Source: a bacterium (GTDB lineage: Bacteria; JAHJDO01). Taken from it: a stretch of 10,383 nt of DNA. Location: contig JBDRTG010000036.1 in NCBI GenBank assembly GCA_043824255.1, positions 1 to 10,383 of the forward strand, in the 5' to 3' direction. Under the pieces are notes generated by a model. It was given only the letters and a program-made list of their open reading frames with translations, searched no databases and was not told the origin of the DNA. A program made the translations under genes and the position numbers. Below, piece after piece: positions 8,545-10,383 of this stretch (the first letter of the stretch is position 1; each line of letters opens with the position of its first letter).

Positions 8545-10084
8545 AGAGATTCAGCTTGGTATAGAAGAATATAAAGATAAAGTGTACGGCTGCTGGCTGG
8601 GGAAGAATATCGGAGGAACCCTTGGAGAGGATTTTGAGTGCAAGAAACATGTGAACAATTTAACTTTCTACTGGACTATCCCTGAGAAATCATCTCCAAA
8701 CGATGATCTTGACCTTCAACTTGTATGGCTGAAGATGCTTGAGGATAAAAATGCGGAAGAACCCGCGCTTTCAGATTTTGCCGATTACTGGTTGAAATAT
8801 TTGTGTTCATGGCCTCCCGACGAATACGGGCTTTGTCTTAGAAATTTAGAACGAGGTTTAAGGCCTCCTGTATCCGGCTGTTTTGAGAACGGCTATATAG
8901 ACAATATGGGCTCTCCAATCAGAAGCGAGATATGGGCTTGTATCGCTCCCGGGGACCCTCAGCTTGCGGCTTCATTAGCTGTTAAGGATGCTCTTTTAGA
9001 CCATGCGGGCGGAGAAGGAGTATATGGCGAGATGTTTTGGGCGGCGGTAGAAAGCGCGGCTTTTGTGATTTCTGATGTAGAAACGTTAATTCAGATAGGC
9101 CTTTCCATGATTCCAATATCCTCTCAAATCTCAAGAGTAATAAGGCAGGTTTTATGGCTGTATGACAATGGTGTCTCATGGGCAGACGCAAGACATCAAA
9201 TTGCAACTCTTTTCAGCAATCCAGCCCCTCCAATCCGCAATAACACTGGTCCTGCCATGGCCAATTTTGGCGGTTACGCGCATCCATGTTTAGCCGCTCC
9301 AAATCACGGGTTTACCGTTATCGGCTGGTTGTATGGAAAGGATTTTGGCGACAGCCTGTGCAAGGCGGTAAACTGCGGTTATGACACGGATTGCACTGGA
9401 GCGACACTTGGAGCGTTGTTAGGGATTATCCATGGCGCTAAGAATATACCAGAAAAATGGAAGAATCCCATAGGCAAAGAAATAATTCTGCACCCGTTTA
9501 CCGGTAAATGCGATGCCCCGAAAACACTTATTGAATTAACTGAAAGAACAGGGAAAATTGCAGAGAAATTCATTCAAGAGAGGTCTGATATAGTTAGTTT
9601 TGGAACCAAAACAATTATTCCCAAAGATATCCTGTCTTCACTGTTCCGCAATGAAAAAGCAAGAAAGGCGCTTACTTCTTACGATGTCCACTCTGCGATT
9701 GAGATGGATGAGGATATGGAGATTACTCTGCACTACAATGGCGAACCGGTATTACGTCTAGGCATAAGAAAGGAAATAGACATTTCCTTGAAGAAAGATG
9801 GTTTGGATGTAACAAATCAGGCAAAGATTGAATTGAAAGCACCCAAAGACTGGAAGGTAAGGAAGAAAAAAGATGGGCTTAAATTTGAGCTCTATTCAGA
9901 AAAGGTGAAACCGCGAAATCAGTTAAAGGTAAAAGCAAAACTTGATAGCAAAGATTATTCTGCTGAGTTTACTATACTTGGCCCACAGGAAGCCAAAGGC
10001 TGGCCTGTTGAAAGAAATGTTGAGCGCTGTCCCAAATGCAGAGCAAGAAAAGGAGCGTGTCAGTGCCAGGAGAGGCGTGCCTGA
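8537..10084 (+). CDS. ADP-ribosylglycohydrolase (DraG/ARH) family protein with C-terminal extension and Cys-rich tail
   Basis: Motifs DKVYGCWLGKNIGGTLG, PNDDLD, MGSPIRSEIW, D..LDH..GEG.YGE and VNCGYDTDCTGATLGA.LG..G...IP.KW. It overlaps the upstream stop by 8 nt (ATGTATAA), consistent with translational coupling. Confidence 0.88.
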   Translation: MYKEIQLGIEEYKDKVYGCWLGKNIGGTLGEDFECKKHVNNLTFYWTIPEKSSPNDDLDLQLVWLKMLEDKNAEEPALSDFADYWLKYLCSWPPDEYGLCLRNLERGLRPPVSGCFENGYIDNMGSPIRSEIWACIAPGDPQLAASLAVKDALLDHAGGEGVYGEMFWAAVESAAFVISDVETLIQIGLSMIPISSQISRVIRQVLWLYDNGVSWADARHQIATLFSNPAPPIRNNTGPAMANFGGYAHPCLAAPNHGFTVIGWLYGKDFGDSLCKAVNCGYDTDCTGATLGALLGIIHGAKNIPEKWKNPIGKEIILHPFTGKCDAPKTLIELTERTGKIAEKFIQERSDIVSFGTKTIIPKDILSSLFRNEKARKALTSYDVHSAIEMDEDMEITLHYNGEPVLRLGIRKEIDISLKKDGLDVTNQAKIELKAPKDWKVRKKKDGLKFELYSEKVKPRNQLKVKAKLDSKDYSAEFTILGPQEAKGWPVERNVERCPKCRARKGACQCQERRA

Positions 10085-10099
10085 AGAGAATTTTGAATA

Positions 10100-10141
10100 T
10101 TGTACCATACAGAATATTCGGTAAAGTAGAAGTTCTTGAGT
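10100..10141 (+). repeat. Direct repeat copy 2 (42 bp): orphan remnant of a glycoside hydrolase 3' end (VPYRIFGKVEVLE)
   Basis: ttgtaccatacagaatattcggtaaagtagaagttcttgagt is 37/42 identical to 8465-8506 and lies in intergenic DNA. Confidence 0.9.
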
Positions 10142-10161
10142 CCAGAGATTTAGCTGTAACA

Positions 10162-10202
10162 CCAAAATGATAATGTCCTAATTAGCCAAAATAGAAATGT
10201 CC
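10162..10202 (+). repeat. Tandem subterminal repeats (putative transposase-binding sites)
   Basis: ccaaaatgataatgtcc (10162-10178) and ccaaaatagaaatgtcc (10186-10202) are 14/17 identical with a 24-bp period. Confidence 0.8.
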
Positions 10203-10216
10203 GCTTTTAAGGGAGC

Positions 10217-10240
10217 TATAATACTCGCTTTAAGAGGAGG
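10217..10240 (+). promoter_or_regulatory. Putative -10 box and RBS of the transposase
   Basis: TATAAT at 10217-10222 and AGAGGAGG at 10233-10240, 5 nt before ATG 10246. No convincing -35 box. Confidence 0.55.
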
Positions 10241-10245
10241 GCATT

Positions 10246-10383
10246 ATGGCAGAAAGGGACATAATCATGGCGAGTCAAAGGGAATTAAAGCGTTTGCATG
10301 TAATTCACAAGATACTGGATAGAGAATTAAAGCAGATAGAAGCAAAGGCTGTTTTAAATTTGAGCGAGAGACAGATAAGGAGA
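10246..10383 (+). CDS. ISNCY/IS1202-family DDE transposase, N-terminal HTH fragment (partial; absent from the ORF track)
   Basis: Translates as MAERDIIMASQRELKRLHVIHKILDRELKQIEAKAVLNLSERQIRR and is open to the window end. 'SQRELKRLHVI...EA...L.LSERQIRR' is the typical N-terminal HTH of these transposases. Confidence 0.85.
   Translation, partial: MAERDIIMASQRELKRLHVIHKILDRELKQIEAKAVLNLSERQIRR

Larger units (their letters stand above)
10155..10383 (+). mobile_element. Left end of an IS1202-type (ISNCY) insertion sequence, truncated by the window edge
   Basis: 5'-TGT terminus at 10155, followed by two tandem 17-bp subterminal repeats, a TATAAT box, a strong RBS and a transposase N-terminus. 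The right end is not visible, so the boundary is inferred. Confidence 0.75.

Noticed and set aside
9942..10124. 60-aa + strand ORF running over the ARH end
   Set aside because: It is an out-of-frame overlap with ARH, is not in the frame of the hydrolase remnant, and has no RBS.
8465..10202. CRISPR array or integron attC interpretation of the repeats
   Set aside because: There are only two copies of each repeat, no regular spacers, no cas or integrase gene, and no attC core-site structure.

Overview
A low-GC bacterial window. All real genes are on the + strand and form a cytoplasmic carbohydrate-catabolism cluster. In order: the 3' end of a gene ending in a carbohydrate-binding-like domain, a GH106-like (alpha-L-rhamnosidase-like) glycoside hydrolase, a YteT-like Gfo/Idh/MocA oxidoreductase, a uroporphyrinogen-decarboxylase-fold protein, a second GH106-like paralog, and an ADP-ribosylglycohydrolase-family protein with a Cys-rich tail. 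The window ends in the left end and transposase start of an IS1202-type (ISNCY) insertion sequence, which the ORF track misses. The most unusual signal is that the ADP-ribosylglycohydrolase gene is bracketed by a diverged 42-bp direct repeat (37/42 identical, 8465-8506 and 10100-10141). This repeat is the 3' coding end of the second hydrolase gene, and most of the differences are synonymous. That suggests the gene arrived as a module by recombination at the hydrolase 3' end, or that a third hydrolase copy was almost entirely deleted. Functional calls come from motif recognition only; no searches were run.
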